A stretch of 64,000 bases of DNA from Mobula hypostoma (taxonomy: Eukaryota). The stretch's first letter is position 1. Each line of letters opens with the position of its first letter. The notes under the pieces were generated by a model. The model saw nothing but the letters and a program-made list of their open reading frames with translations, made no database searches and had not been told where the DNA came from. Shown in pieces: positions 1 to 13,010 of this stretch. The position numbers and the translations under genes were made by a program. The stretch covers positions 34,598,001 to 34,662,000 of the forward strand of contig NC_086097.1 in NCBI RefSeq assembly GCF_963921235.1, written 5' to 3'.

Positions 1-388
1 TACAGACAGCCCAGCGCATCTGTAGTTGTGAACTTCCCATGATTCAGGACATTTACAAAGACAGGTGTGTAAAAAGGGCCCGAAGGATCATTGGGTACCC
101 GAATCACCCCAGTCACAATCTATTCCAGCTGCTACCATCCGGGAAATGGTACCGCAGCATAAAAGCCAGGACCAACAGGCTTCGGGACAGCTTCTGCCAC
201 CAGGCCATCAGACTGATTAACTCGCACTGATTTGAGTGTATTTCTATGTTACATTGACTGTTCTATTTATTATAAATTACTATGATTTCACATTGCACAT
301 TTAGATGGAGACATAACATAAAGATTTTTACTCCTTATGTCTGTGAAGGATGCAGGAAATGAAGTCAATTCAATTCAATTCATTCAAT
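1..388 (+). mobile_element. Rex1/Babar-type LINE 3' end
   Basis: C-terminal peptide HPSHNLFQLLPSGKWYRSIKARTNRLRDSF..QAIRLIN followed by a (CAATT)n-like tail at about 366-388. Confidence 0.8.
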
Positions 389-394
389 ATGGCC

Positions 395-900
395 TTTAAA
401 CGTGCTGTCTCCATGTCTATATGAGCTTTCTCCATTTGTGTCTTGCTGCTTCAGCTCTGGCGCGGGCTTTTGCTGCAGCTCTGCTAATTTTGGTTTCATC
501 TGAGGGTCGCAAAGGCATGATCGATGAGCCACATTCTAACCTGACTTCCAGGTCTTGGAGATCAACATTGCTCGGGTCAGAAGCCAGCATTACAGTCTAT
601 GGCATTCAGACGCATCTCCAGTCTGTGTGCGATGCCTTGAGGATGAATCATCTTTACTCTCTACTGTTCGAGTAGTGTGTGGCTACAGAACTATTCAGCG
701 AGTTAAACAACTTTTCAAAGGTCACCTGATATGGAAGCTTTCTTCAGGCTTTTTAAAGAGTTCTCTTACTTAAGAAAAGATATTACTGTTTGAAGGGTAA
801 ATAGAGTACGGAGCTGAATGGGTTTCCATTGTGCACTTCAAAAGGAATCAAAACGAACCCATACAGGAAAAGATATTTAAAAAACAGCTATGTACAGGAA
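395..900 (-). mobile_element. Possible BEL/Pao LTR-retrotransposon gag 5' remnant
   Basis: Minus-strand frame 590-417 reads MLASDPSNVDLQDLEVRLECGSSIMPLRPSDETKISRAAAKARARAEAAR, an Ala/Arg motif I associate with fish BEL/Pao gag N-termini; frameshifted afterwards. Confidence 0.4.
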
Positions 901-1004
901 GTGATGTTCATACAAAATGAACTGCACTTCTTGAGAACAGCACAATCCTGTCTATCCAAATACTTATATATCCGGTCCCTTAGTATACCTTCTAATAACC
1001 TACT

Positions 1005-1590
1005 CACTACTGATGTCAGGCTCACTGGATTATAATTTCATGCCTTATTCTTAGAGCCTTTCTTAAACAATGGAACAACATTAGCTAACCTCCAATTCTC
1101 CGGCATTTCACCCATGGGAAAGGAAGTTTTAAATATCTTTGCTAGGGCCCCTGCACTTTCTGCAGTAGCCTCCCACAGTGTCTGAAGGAACACCTTATTA
1201 GGCCCTGGGGATTTATCCACTCTAATTTGCCTCAAGACAGCAAACACCTCTTCCTCTGTAATCTGTATAGGGTCCATGATCTTGCTGCTGCTTTGCGTCA
1301 CTTCTATAGGCTCTGTGTCTGTCACCTGAGTAAATACAGATGCAAAAAAATCCATTTAAGATCTCCCCCATCTCTTTCAGCTCCATGCATTGATGACCAC
1401 TCTGGCCCTCCAGAGGACCAATTTTGTCTCTTGTTATCCTTTTGCTCTTAATATATCTGTAGAAACCCGTGGGATTTTCCTTCATCTTGACTGCTAGAGC
1501 ATCTGCATGCCTTCTTTTAGCCCTCTTGATTTCCTTCTTGAGTGATCTCTTGAACCTCTTATACTCCTCATGTACCTCATTTTCTTCTTC
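1005..1590 (-). mobile_element. CR1 LINE ORF2 fragment
   Basis: FFASVFT...VDKSPGP...PENWRLANVVPLFKKGSK and KENPTGFYRYIKSKR motifs, frameshifted. Confidence 0.9.
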
Positions 1591-2599
1591 CCGCCGTGCT
1601 CACTCTTCCGCTTCACCATCAAATTTCTGAATGGCCCATGTGACACTACCTCATTATTTGTTTTTCTTTGCACAGTTTATTGATTTTGTGATTTATCGCA
1701 AGTTGTAAGTTTTTGCACTATACTGCTGCCACAAAACAATGTACAGTATTTCATGTCGAATGAATCAGTGATAATAATTCTGATTCTGAAGTCAGAATTG
1801 TGTATGGCTTGGAAGGCAACTTCTAGGGGGTGATGTTCACGTGCTTTTGCTGCCCTCACCTTTCGAGTTACTCAAGTGTTGTGGGTTTGGAAGATTCTGA
1901 CTGAGGAGGCCTGGTGAGTTTGCTGCAGAGCATCTGGGAGATGGCACAAACTACTGATACTGTTTGACAGTGAGGAGAGAGTGAATGTGGATCGGTTGTT
2001 ATGTCCTGTGTGATTCAAGCATCCTAAATATTGTTAAAGCTGCACTCATCCAGGCCAGTGGTGAGTAGTCGTCATGTTTCATGTTCTTAATTTTAGTTCA
2101 GTAAGTAAATAAAAGATAAAATGATAGCTCACTTACTGTTAAACGTTTTACAGACAGTAGACATATCACTATACTCACTTCCTGATTCACAAAAACCTTT
2201 CTACCATTTTCCTGAAGAGAAGAGAGGGTTGTTTAGAAGGGTCCACTTCAACAACACTCAAATCTCCAGCTATCCAGGATTAAATAGCCCCCTGGCTGAC
2301 ATCCCATCCACCGCTCCCATCAATTTGGCACCCCTGTCAGGAGTACATTCCAACTGCAGGATGCACTCCAGCAACTTCCAATGACCAACGACTGCTTGAA
2401 CAGTTCTTTCTAACACAGTGACCTCTGCCACCCAGAAGGACAAAGGAAATGTCATCATCTACAAGTCTCATATACAGAGAAACCATCTTGTGTTGGAAAA
2501 ATATCACATTTTTGTCATCTCAAAATTTAATTCTGAAGTTAAATAACGCTCTAGGAGCTCTATCACTGGACAGGGTGCAGCATTTCAAGAAAATAAAAG

Positions 2600-3530
2600 T
2601 TAATTCCACACTCACCCCATCTTTCTGTTACTGTAATAGAGATAGAGTCCGTCTTGCCCTTACCTACCACCCCATCAGCCTCCACATCTGACATATTCTC
2701 CTCTGCAACTTCCGTCATCTCCAAAGGGACCCTATCACTAAATATACCTGTACCTCCCATCTCCAGGGACATATTCTCCTCTGCAACTTCTGTCATCTCC
2801 AAAGGGACCCTATCACTAAATATACCTGTACCTCCCATCTCCAGGGACTTATCCCTGCAACCTTCCAGGTTTGGCAACACTTCACCTGCAAATCTGCTGG
2901 GGTCCTCTATTGTGTCCAGTGCTCCCAATGCAATGCAGCTCTCTTCCACATTGGTGAGACCCATTGTAAATTGGGGGACAGCTTCGTCAAGCACTTCTGC
3001 GCCATCCGCCACAAGGGAGACTTCCCGTTGGCCAAACATTTTAATTCCCATTTATGTTCCAAAGTGTCGATCCATGGCCTCCTCTTATGCCAGAGTGGAG
3101 GAGCAACACCTTATATTCCATCTAGGTAGCCTCCAACCTGGCAGTCTGAATATCGATTTCTACCCTCGGTGAACAAATGACTTTTCACTTCTTCTCACCT
3201 GCCTATCCCTTCCCATTGGGCCCTCTCCTCCTTCCCTTTCTCTTATTCTCCACTCTCCTCTCCAACCAGATTCTTTCTTCTCCAGCCCTTTACCTTTCCC
3301 ACCCACCTGGCTTCACTTAGCACCTTCCAGTTAGCCTGTTTCCCCCATCCCTCATCTTTTTGTTCAGGCATCTTCCCCCCTCCCCCACCCTTCCTTCTCA
3401 GTCCTGAAGAAGGGTCTCAGCCCGAAATGTTGACTGTATATTCATTTCCATAGATGCCGTCTGACCTGCTGAGTTCCTCTAGCATTTTGTGTGTGTTGCT
3501 TTGGATTTCCAGCATTTGCAGAATTTCTCT
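2600..3530 (+). mobile_element. Decayed Penelope-like element 3' part (GIY-YIG region plus pLTR)
   Basis: DRVRLALTYHP and EEQHLIFHLGSLQP motifs, a polypyrimidine 3' UTR and a hammerhead motif at 3399-3436; homologous to 58594-60060. Confidence 0.88.
2690..2848 (+). repeat. 78-bp tandem duplication within the Penelope copy
   Basis: gacatattctcctctgcaactt...cctcccatctccagg occurs at 2690-2767 and 2768-2845, near identical. Confidence 0.95.
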
Positions 3531-3874
3531 TGAAAATAAATATATTATCAAAGTACATATGTCACTATATATTACCCCGTTACTTATTTTCTTGCAGGCA
3601 TTTACAGAAAAATAAAGAAATACAATTTATTAAAAACTATACATAAAAATGACAAGCAACATGTAAAAGAAGACAAATGTGCTAAATAAATACATAGATA
3701 AATAGATACATAATACTGAGAACTTGAGTTGTAGAGTCCTTGAAAGTGAGTTTGTAGGTTGTGGAAGCAACTCAGAATTGAGGTGAGTGAAGTTAACCAC
3801 ACCAGTTCAGGGGCCTAATAGTTGCTGCCATCTTCTCAAGGATTTTAATGTGGTGTGTAACGCTCTGCTAATTG

Positions 3875-4065
3875 AGACACAAGTGACTCAACAAAGAATC
3901 TCGGTGGGTCAGGCAGCATCTGTAGGGGAAAGAATTTGACATTTCAGGCCAAAACCTGCATCAGGACTGAAAGTCATCCTGAAACATAATCAGGTCCATC
4001 CCCCGCCTCATCCCCCAACACCCTACAGGTGCTGCTCGATCCTCTGATATCCTCCAGCAGATTTT
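3875..4065. mobile_element. Short inverted pair of Penelope pLTR fragments
   Basis: Minus-strand hammerhead remnant (3935-3970) followed by plus-strand ggtgctgctcgatcctctgatatcctccagcag pLTR sequence. Confidence 0.65.
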
Positions 4066-4894
4066 TTTTATTGCTGACCTTTCAGGTGGATTTAAAAATG
4101 TAAAATTTCCAGGTATTCTTTTAGAGTTCATGCAAATTACACCACCGAGTTTTCCATTGCTTTCACAAATGACGACAAAGACTCATTTGCTTTAGTGAAC
4201 ACTCAAACCAAATGAAACTTTGCATATGATTATATGTTTTAAAAAAACCTGATTTTCATGAGCAATGGAAGTTAGCTTTCACAATGTTTTAAGGATTCAG
4301 TTTGGCACGAACACAGAAAATTATACTGAAAAAGCTGAGGTACAATAGACAAGCAAGAAGCTGGCTCTCTCAGAAAATATCAGCAGAAAATTAGGCAGGG
4401 AAATAGAATTCTAGAGCAGAATAAAGTTCATAGTTGTTCTATATAAGAGTTGTTGAAGGTGGAAATTCCTGCTGTGTCTAGTACATTAAATTATCTTGCA
4501 ATAAAAGTGCAAAAATAACTTGCATGATTTTTCAAAGCTAAGTACAGCCTTTCAAAATCTCAATCCACAGTGAGGTGAAATGACTCTATAATTAAATTAA
4601 GTGCAAATTTAATCCATTCCTTTCCACCTTTTGCTTCTGTGTGAATTTAGTAAACACTGATAAATGGTACAGTTTCCACTGTGGTATCAATATTATTTTT
4701 TTCCTGTACTGTCGTTGCTTCTCTGAATATTTAGTGAAGTTTCCTTTACTCTGGCCTAGCGCCATGCTCCATTCTCAAACTGAACGGAACACTTAACGTG
4801 AAATTCTGCATTTCCCTTTAAATTTTATTCACTGAAATGCTGTACACTAAACAGACAATGAACTAGAAAGTAAGTTAGTATTAATTTCAAGAGG

Positions 4895-5507
4895 CCTACA
4901 ATATAACAGCAAGGTTGTAATGTTGACATTTTATATGGCATTGGTGATACCACACTTGGAGTATAATGAGCAATTTTAAACCCCTTATCTGAGGAAAGAT
5001 GTGTTGGCATTGGAGAAGGTCCAGGGGAGGTTCACGAGAATGATCCTAACAATAAAAGGGTTAACATCTGAGGAGCATATGATAGTTCTGTAACTTTCCT
5101 TGCTGTTCTTTGGAAGAATGTGAAGGGGCGGGGGGGGGGGGGTGGTGTGGTGGTGATCTTAGTGAAGCCTATTGAACATTGAAAGACCTAGATAGAGTGG
5201 ACATGGAGAGGATGATTCCTATAGTGGGGGAGTCCTGGAGGAGAGGGCACAGCCATAGAATGGAAGGATGTCCCTTTAGAACAGAGATGAAGAAATTATT
5301 TAGCCAGAGGGTGGTAAATCTGTAGAATTCACCGCCACAGATGGCTGTGGAGGCCAAATCAGAGGCTGATAGGTTTTGATTATTGAAGGTGTCGAAGGTT
5401 ATGGGGATAAGGCAGGAGAGTAGGGTTGAGGGGGACAATCAGCCCTGACTGAATGGCAGAGCAGACTGGATGGGCCAAATGGTGTCATTCTCTTCCTATG
5501 TCTTATG
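4895..5507 (+). mobile_element. CR1 LINE 3' end
   Basis: RT C-terminal remnants and typical 3' UTR ending cctatgtcttatg. Confidence 0.85.
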
Positions 5508-5589
5508 AGAATCAAACATTTCTAGAAGAAGCTATGGAATGTTGAACATGATTGATCGTGTTGTATATACTCGTGCACTACTCACTTTG

Positions 5590-6335
5590 CACTTATGACT
5601 GTGAGGCTAAGCACAACTCCAGTGCCATATTCAAGCTTGTCATAGGCCGAATCAAAAGTGGTGACGAATCAGCATATAGGAGGGAGAATTAAAATCTGGC
5701 TGAATGGCACCATAACATCAAGCTCTTACTCAATGTCAGCAAATCCAAGGAGCTGATTATTGGCTTCCAGAAGAGGAAACCAGAGGTCCATGAGCCTGTC
5801 TTCATCAGCAAATCAGAGGTGGAAAGAATCAGCTACTTTAAATTCCTTGGTGGTGTTATTTCGGAGGATCTGTCCTGGGCCCAGCACATAAGTGCAATTA
5901 CAAAGAAAGCACAACAGTGCCTCTACATCCTTAGGAGTTTGTAGAGATTCAGCATGACACCTAAAACTTTGACAAGCTTCTATAGATGTGCGGTGGAGAG
6001 TATATTGACCAGCTGCATCACAGACTGGTATGGAAACACTAATGCCCTCAAATGGAATATCCTACATTAAGTAGTGGATACAGCCCATTCCATCACAGGT
6101 AAAGCCCTCCCCACCATTGAGCACAACTATACAGAGCATTGTCATAGGAAAGCAGCATCCATCATCGGGGATTCCCACCACCCAGGCCAGGCTCTGTTCT
6201 CACCGCTACCATCAGGAAGAAGGTACAGGAGCCTCAGGACTCACCACCGGGTTCAGGAACAGTAATTACCCCTCAACCACCAGGCTCTTGAACCAAAGGG
6301 GATAACTTCACTCAATTTCACTTGCCCCATCACTT
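5590..6335 (+). mobile_element. Rex1/Babar-type LINE 3' part
   Basis: FKFLG, LYILRSL and HHPGQALFSPLPSGRRYRSLR motifs; the 3' UTR resumes at about 7175 after an insertion. Confidence 0.85.
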
Positions 6336-7175
6336 GACTTCCAGTCAAGATGGCACCAGCAAACACTGATACCTCGAGCAATGTTTTCTAGATAGTTCGC
6401 AAAGCTATTTATTTCACTTCTTGTTTGTCTTCTCTTTACCTTAAATGTGTTTCTGGAACTGTTAAAGCCTGCGATTTACAGTTTGAATTGAATTGAGTGA
6501 CCTGGCGCTCTGCTGTCTTTGAGAACATTCTGGGAGGTGACTGTAAGCCTTGTGGCGAAGCTTAGAGACGGGGTGCAAACCCACAATCAACTCCATTTCG
6601 CCAGTTAAGGTGTCCATTAATCACTGATTAAAGCACAGAGGAAGATTGAAACGGTGAGGCGAAGGCGGAAGGTGAATGAGTGTTCAGCACTGAGTTCCTG
6701 CCTCTCGCTGCTGCCGGATAAGATGTTTGAGTGTGACCACCTATCACTTGTTGCTGCTGACTAAGGTGTCTCCCTCATTGCTCTATCTCTGCGTTCGAGT
6801 GGTCTCCCTCTCCCTTGAAGAGGATGTTACCAAAATTCTGCAATTTATGGATTGGACTGGACTCTTTGCAGTTTTATAACTTTTATATTTGTGCTTTTGT
6901 CCATTTAATTTTAGTGTATTTTGTAAGTTTTTTTGTGTGGTAGGGGTTGGGATTTGTTGTTCATGCAGTTCGCCCACTTCGTTTTTCTGTGCGTGGAGGG
7001 AGTGGTTGGTGCTCTTGTTACCGATTTGTAAGTTTTTTATTGTGCAGTGGTGTGTTTGATGTTCTTCTTTGAGTGATTTCCATAATTTTCTTTGATTTGT
7101 TGCAATCTGGAGAAGATGAATCTCAGAGTTGTATAATACACACATACTTTGTTAATAAATGAACCTTTGAACCTT
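6336..7175 (+). mobile_element. Non-autonomous LINE-tailed element inserted in the Rex1 3' UTR
   Basis: Begins gacttccagtcaagatggc and ends gaatctcagagttgtata...aataaatgaacctttgaacct, a tail shared with 14240-14300 and 40173-40237; no coding capacity. Confidence 0.6.
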
Positions 7176-7209
7176 TGGACTCACTTTCAAGGACTCTCAT
7201 CTCATGTTA

Positions 7210-8850
7210 TAGAGTCATAGAAAAGTACAACACAGAAGCAGGCCCTTGGCCTGTCTAGTCTGTGTTGAACCATTTAAACTGCCTACTCTCATCAACCTGC
7301 ACCGGGACCATAGCACTACGTGCCCCTACTATGTACCTATCCAAACTTTTCTTAAACATTGAAATCGAGCTCACAAGCATCACTTATGCCGGCCGCTCAT
7401 TCCATAGTCTCGCCACCCTTTGAGTGAAAAGAAGTTTCCCGTCATGTTCCCCTTAAACTTCTCACCTTTCACCCTCAACCCATTACCTCTGGTTGTAGTC
7501 CCACCCAACCTCACTGGAAAAAGTCTTCTTGCATTTACCCTATCGAGACCGCTCATAATTTTGTATACGTCTATCAAATCTCCTCTCAATCTTCTACATT
7601 CTAAGAAATAAAGTCCTAAGCTATTCAATATTTCCTTATAACTCATGTCCTCCAGACCCAGCAACATCCATGTAAATTTTCTCTATACTCTTTCAAATCT
7701 TATTTACATCTTTCCTATAGGTAGATGACCTCAACTGCACACAATACTCCAAATTAGTCCTCACCAACATCTTATACAACTTCAACATAACATCCCATCC
7801 CCTGTACTTTTTTCCATTAATGCTGCTTGGCCTGCTGAGTTCCTCCAAAATTTTGTGTGTATTTCCTGTACTCAATACATTGATTTATGAAGGCCACTAT
7901 GCCAAAAGCTTTCTTTACAACCCTTTCTACCTGTGACATCACTTTCAATAAGTTGCCTCTGACATCCCCCTCGTACCTACTTCCAAGCACCTTAAAACTA
8001 TGCCCCCTCGTGTTAGCCATTTCAGCCCTGGGAAAAAGCCTCTGGCTATCCACATGATCAATGCCTCTCATCATCTTATACACCACTATTAGGTCTCCTC
8101 TCATCCTCCGTCACTCAAAGGAGAAAAGGCCAAGTTCACTCAATCTATTCCCATAAGACATGCACTCCAATCCAAGAAACATCCTTGTAAATCACCTCTG
8201 CACTCTCTCTGTAGTATCCATCTTGTTAGGCCCTGGGGAATTATCCATCCTGATTTGCCTCAAGGTAACAAACACCTCCTCCTCTGCAATCTGTACAGGT
8301 TCCAAAAGTTGTTGCTGCTTTGCCTCACTTTGCCTCACTTCTATAGATCCTGTGTCCATCTCCTGAGTAAATGCAGATGCAAAAAAATAATTTTAAGATC
8401 TCTCCCCCATCTGTTTTAGCCCGCACATGGTTTACGATTCTGATCTTCCAGAGGACCAATTTTGTTCCTTGCAATCCTTTTGCTCTTAACGTATCTATGG
8501 AATCTCTTGGTATTCTCCTTGGCCTTGTTTGCTTAAGAAACCTCATGTCTTCTTTTAGCCATCCTGATTGCTTTCTTAATTGTTCTCGTGCATTTCTTAT
8601 ACACTATAAGCACCTAATTTGTTCCTATCTGCCTGTACCTCCTTTTTTCTCTTAACCAGGGATACAATATCTCTTGCAAACCAAGGTTACCCACACATTA
8701 TCTTTAACTTTTATTCTGTCAGGCATTTACAAGCTTTGTGCTCTGAAAACGTCACTTTTGAAGGCCTCCCACTTACCAAGTACACCTTGGCCAGAAAACA
8801 GCCTGTCCCAGTCTACATTTGCCATGTCATTTCTGATACCATCAAAATTG
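7210..8850 (-). mobile_element. Cluster of nested CR1 fragments with a short Penelope pLTR piece at about 7810-7860
   Basis: Several RGDLI.VYK.M.G.DRV segments and ORF2 remnants on the minus strand. Confidence 0.85.
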
Positions 8851-10078
8851 TTCTCGATAATTATACTTAATTATTTAATATTATTATTTACTTACATTTG
8901 CATAGTTTGTTGTCTTTTGCACACCGGTTGAACACCCAAGCTAGCATGGTCTTTCATTGAGTCTATTATGCTTATTATTCTATTATGGGTTTACTGTGAA
9001 TGCCCACATGAATCTCAGGGTTTTAAATAGTGACATATATTCACTTTGAACTTTAATGTTAGTATCGTGGAGATATTCCATTCCAGTACTACATTCTACC
9101 TTGTAGAGTGCAGAAAGGTTTTGGAGACCGAGGAGATGAGTCATTTACTGAAGATACCCAAATTATTGTAAGCATAGTATTTATTTGACTGTTCAGTTAA
9201 GTTTCTGATCAGTAGAGATCATGCAGACCATGCTGTGAGATACAACCATGGTAATGACATTGAACATCGGGGAAATGTGGTTAAACTCTCTTACAACAGG
9301 CAGTTAGTGGATGATGAAAACCACTTCGCACACAGAAAGCCCCAGCTAGATTATTGTTCATATCTTTCTGCAAATTGTTATGGGGGTAAACCATTTCTAT
9401 TGTAGAGCAACAGATTACTTGTTTTTTTTCAGTGATAGAGAATCAGAATTTCACAGACAAAGTGGATGCTTGGGATCTTTAATAGGTGGTACAGATATCA
9501 GAGCTGTCTTCTCAATAAACAGTGCAGTATTTTTTAAAAGCTTGCTTTTAAGGTGGAGGTGGGGTTTAGAGGCAATATGAGGGGCAAGATCTTTACACAG
9601 AGATTAGTAGGTACCTGGAACAGTGGAAGCAGGCATATTGGTGAAGTTTAAGAGGCTTTCAGATAGACACAAAATATGGAGGGAATGAAGTTATATGATA
9701 ATACACAGGAGAAGAAAATTTAGAATAAATCAGCATTAAGATCACACATCATGGGCTTACTACCCTGTCCAGTGTTGTACTGTTTTTGTTCTAAAGTGAT
9801 GTGTAGTGCTTGATCTTTAATTGTGACTTTCTTATGCATATGGCTTTTAATCAAAATATGGACCATCTGGTTGTTACACCAGAAGCTAGTTTAAATTGTT
9901 GCTGATTCGTGGTCTGAGCCAACAGGATACTTCACAACATTCTGTCACAGTTCATGTAAATTATAATGAGCTGTGAATGCTTGGCACAAAGGGAGTTTAT
10001 GTAAAATAGAGCTTAGTGAAAATAATTTGGGATTGGTTAGTTTGAAATAAAAAGAGATTAATGTTGTTTATCCCCCAG

Positions 10079-10217
10079 GTTATTCAATATTTGTAGTAAG
10101 AGGAGACCTACCAGAATGTGAAGCTGATGAATTACTGAAAAGGATGGCAGTGGTACAGCTAGAGAGACCAAAATTAATTGGAGAAGAGGCAAACCAACAA
10201 ACAGAAATTGGGCACAG
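10079..10217 (+). CDS. ATXN3: Ataxin-3 coding exon (human exon 7 equivalent; end of Josephin domain)
   Basis: Acceptor ccccag|GT, donor AG|gtactg. Translates (G)YSIFVVRGDLPECEADELLKRMAVVQLERPKLIGEEANQQTEIGH(R), matching human GYSIFVVKGDLPDCEADQLLQM...RPKLIGEE. Upstream exons were not found in the window. Confidence 0.97.
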
Positions 10218-10629
10218 GTACTGTGGATCTAAAGGCTAAAATTCTATTCCCTTTTGTAAAATAGCCTCAGAGATTATTTACCTGCTCTATGTTGCTTCTG
10301 GTCCTAAGGAAATATGTAATATTTTGGCAGTGATCCTAATTCTATTCGATTAGGAGTATTGGTGGTGATTGATTTAACACTGCTTATTTCCTTCATTTAT
10401 TTCCACAGAGATCAGAAATGTTCAAGATATGTGAATGCCTTTTGTGAAAAATAAACAGTAACCTAATTACTTAAAAAGACTAATTATTGTTGGGAAGGAA
10501 ATATCCTGTATTGTATTTACAGGCATGGAATATCTCTAAAGGAAATAAAGAATCAAACAGTAATGAAGGTTTATCTACATGTATTCACCAATGGCATGAT
10601 CTGACCAATTTTTTTGAAAATTTCTCAAG

Positions 10630-10802
10630 GTTACAGAGCAATGACTGGGAACAAGTGATTGATGTGAACAAATCAATTACAAATGTTTTGGATGATGAAG
10701 ACGATGAAAGTCTGCAGCGAGCATTGTCACTAAGCCGTCAACACATGGAGACGGAAGATGAAGAAGCAGATCTACGAAGAGCAATCCACCTCAGCATGCA
10801 AG
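10630..10802 (+). CDS. ATXN3: Ataxin-3 coding exon (exon 8 equivalent; UIM1 and UIM2)
   Basis: Acceptor tttctcaag|G, donor CAAG|gtaaag; phase-compatible with the previous exon. Encodes LQSNDWEQVIDVNKSITNVLDDEDDESLQRALSLSRQHMETEDEEADLRRAIHLSMQ(G). Confidence 0.97.
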
Positions 10803-11474
10803 GTAAAGGTTGGTGCTTTAATGAGGTACAACCAGAAGTATGACTTGACCAATTTAAAGCTACGTTCGGATCTTCTGTTCAGCTGGACAGTTTTAGTAGT
10901 TTCAGAATGGACTGCCATTGTTGTAACCTTCCCATCGTTGGAAACTTTCTGTCAGTTGTTTATAAATCCACACATAAAAATGTATATTTCTCAGTATTTA
11001 TTGCAAGGGACAAGCACATATAAGTAGTTCATGCTGATGCATTTCTGCAAGTAACCATAAACATACAAAGAGCATTTCTCCTAGAATTTAACGTAAGTGG
11101 TTACACTTTATACATTTCCTTTATCTTTCTTTTTTCCTTAAGCCCATCATCCCCACTGGGGCCTAGGCCGCCAACAGCAGTTCACCTGCGTCCTCTGTCT
11201 TGGACCAGTCTTTCAAGCTGTTCCCACCAAAGATCCTTCCTCTCCTGGGGACGAGGTCTTCGGAGCTCCTGTAGCTCTGGATGGGGTTGCTAGCCCCATG
11301 ACCAATATTTCTCCTTTCACAGCTGGGCTTGGGGCGGTCCATAGCAGAGCTTTCTTTTATCACATAACACCAAACTCTACGATCATATTGCACTGGAAAT
11401 CCGCTGTTTATTACAAAATGCCACTTCTACAGGCATACACGTGTTAGAAAACAGCATGTGGTCAAGAATTAGAC

Positions 11475-13010
11475 ACAGCCACCCCCTTCCCCCTCACCTG
11501 GACTCAGCTATTACCTGCCAGCTTGTTCTCCCCCACCTTCTTATTTTGGCTTCTTCCCCTTTCTTTTCCAGTCCTTAAGAAGAAGCTTAGCCTAAAATGT
11601 CTACTGTGTATATCACCTCCATAGATGCTACCTGAACCTGCTGAGTTCCTCCAGCAATTTCCTCAAAAATTGAAGTGAAAGGGGCTGGATCAGGTACACA
11701 AACATGAGAAATTCTGCAGGTGCTGGAAATCCAAGGCAACACACACAAGATGCTGGAGGAATTCAGCAGGCCAGGCAGCATCTCTGGAAATTAATTTGAC
11801 ATTTTGGAGTGAGACCCTTCTTCAGGACTGGAAAGGAAGGCAACAGAATACAAAGGTGGAGGGGAGGGGAAGGAGGACTAGTTAGAAGGTGAGAAGTGAA
11901 GCCAGGAGGCTAGGAAAGGTAAAGGGCTGGAGAAGAAGGAATCTGATAGGAGAGGAGAGTGGACCACAGGAGAATGGAAATGAGGAGACTGGGAGGAAGT
12001 GATAGGCAGGTGAGAAGAGGTAAGGGGCCAGAGTGGGGAATAGAAGAAGGGAGGGCAAGGGAAAATTTTCTTTACCAGAAAGAGGAATTGATATTCATGC
12101 CATCAGGTTGGAAGCTACCCAGACAGAATATTAGGTGTTGCTCCTTCACCCTCATCATGGAACAAGAGGAGACCATGGACCGACGTGTCGGTACAGGAAA
12201 GGGAATGCGAATTAAAATGTTTGGCGACTGGCAAGGTTCCCTTTGGATTATGGAGTGGAGGTGTTCAACGAAGCAATCCCCCAATTTACAACATGTCTCA
12301 CCAGTGTAGAGGAGGCTGCATCAGAAGCTCAGAACACAATACAGATGGCTGCAGTAGGTTCACAGGGCAAATGTTGCCCCACCTGGAAGGACTGTTTGGG
12401 GCCCCGAATGGAGGAGAGGAAGGAAGTGATTGGGAAGGTGTAGCTGTAGCATTTTTTCTGCTTGCAAGGATAAGTGCTGGGAAGGATGAATGGACAAATG
12501 AACAAGAGGACCTCTGCAGAAAGTGGAGAGAGGAGGGGAGATAAATATATATTTGGTGGTAGGAGCCCTTTGGAGATAGTGGAGTTCTCCAGAGTTGCTG
12601 AGGTCAGTGATGGTGTCAGAGACGGTTTTCGGATGGTCCAGAGTGGGGTCCTCTTCCAGGAGTAAGTCTGTGGAGGTGTCTGAGAGTTGCCACCTGGCCT
12701 AAGTATGGTAGAGGTCAATCCACCAGACGTCTGATGGTAAAGTCAGAATTAGTCTGGAGAGAGTGGAGGGCCGTGCGTTCTAAGGGAATCAGGTTCGAGG
12801 AGGAGAGAGGAGTGCTGAAGTCGAGCCGGTTGATCTCTTGTCAGCAATTTGAGATGAAAAGATCCAGAGCAGACAGTACCAGAGTGGGGTGTCCAAGAAG
12901 AGGAGGAGGGTTGGAGATAGGTGAAGGGGTCACCAGCGCATGGTGCAGAGCCTTTTGCATCAGTTCGGAGTAACTGACTTGCAAACTTAGTACGGACATC
13001 CTAATAGGAG
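11475..13010 (-). mobile_element. Decayed Penelope-like element with an inverted pLTR at its end
   Basis: Minus strand: GPKQSFQV, EQHLIFCLGSFQPDGMNI and RT remnants. Plus-strand pLTR fragment at about 11475-11660. Degenerate hammerheads at about 11569 (+) and 11796-11830 (-). Confidence 0.85.

Noticed and set aside
1..10078. Upstream ATXN3 Josephin exons (e.g. WFNLNSLL)
   Set aside because: Not found by eye; they probably lie before the window start, though I cannot exclude a missed short exon.
10487..10629. N-terminal part of the 118-aa ORF 10487..10843
   Set aside because: Intronic open frame upstream of the acceptor at 10630; only 10630-10802 resembles ataxin-3.
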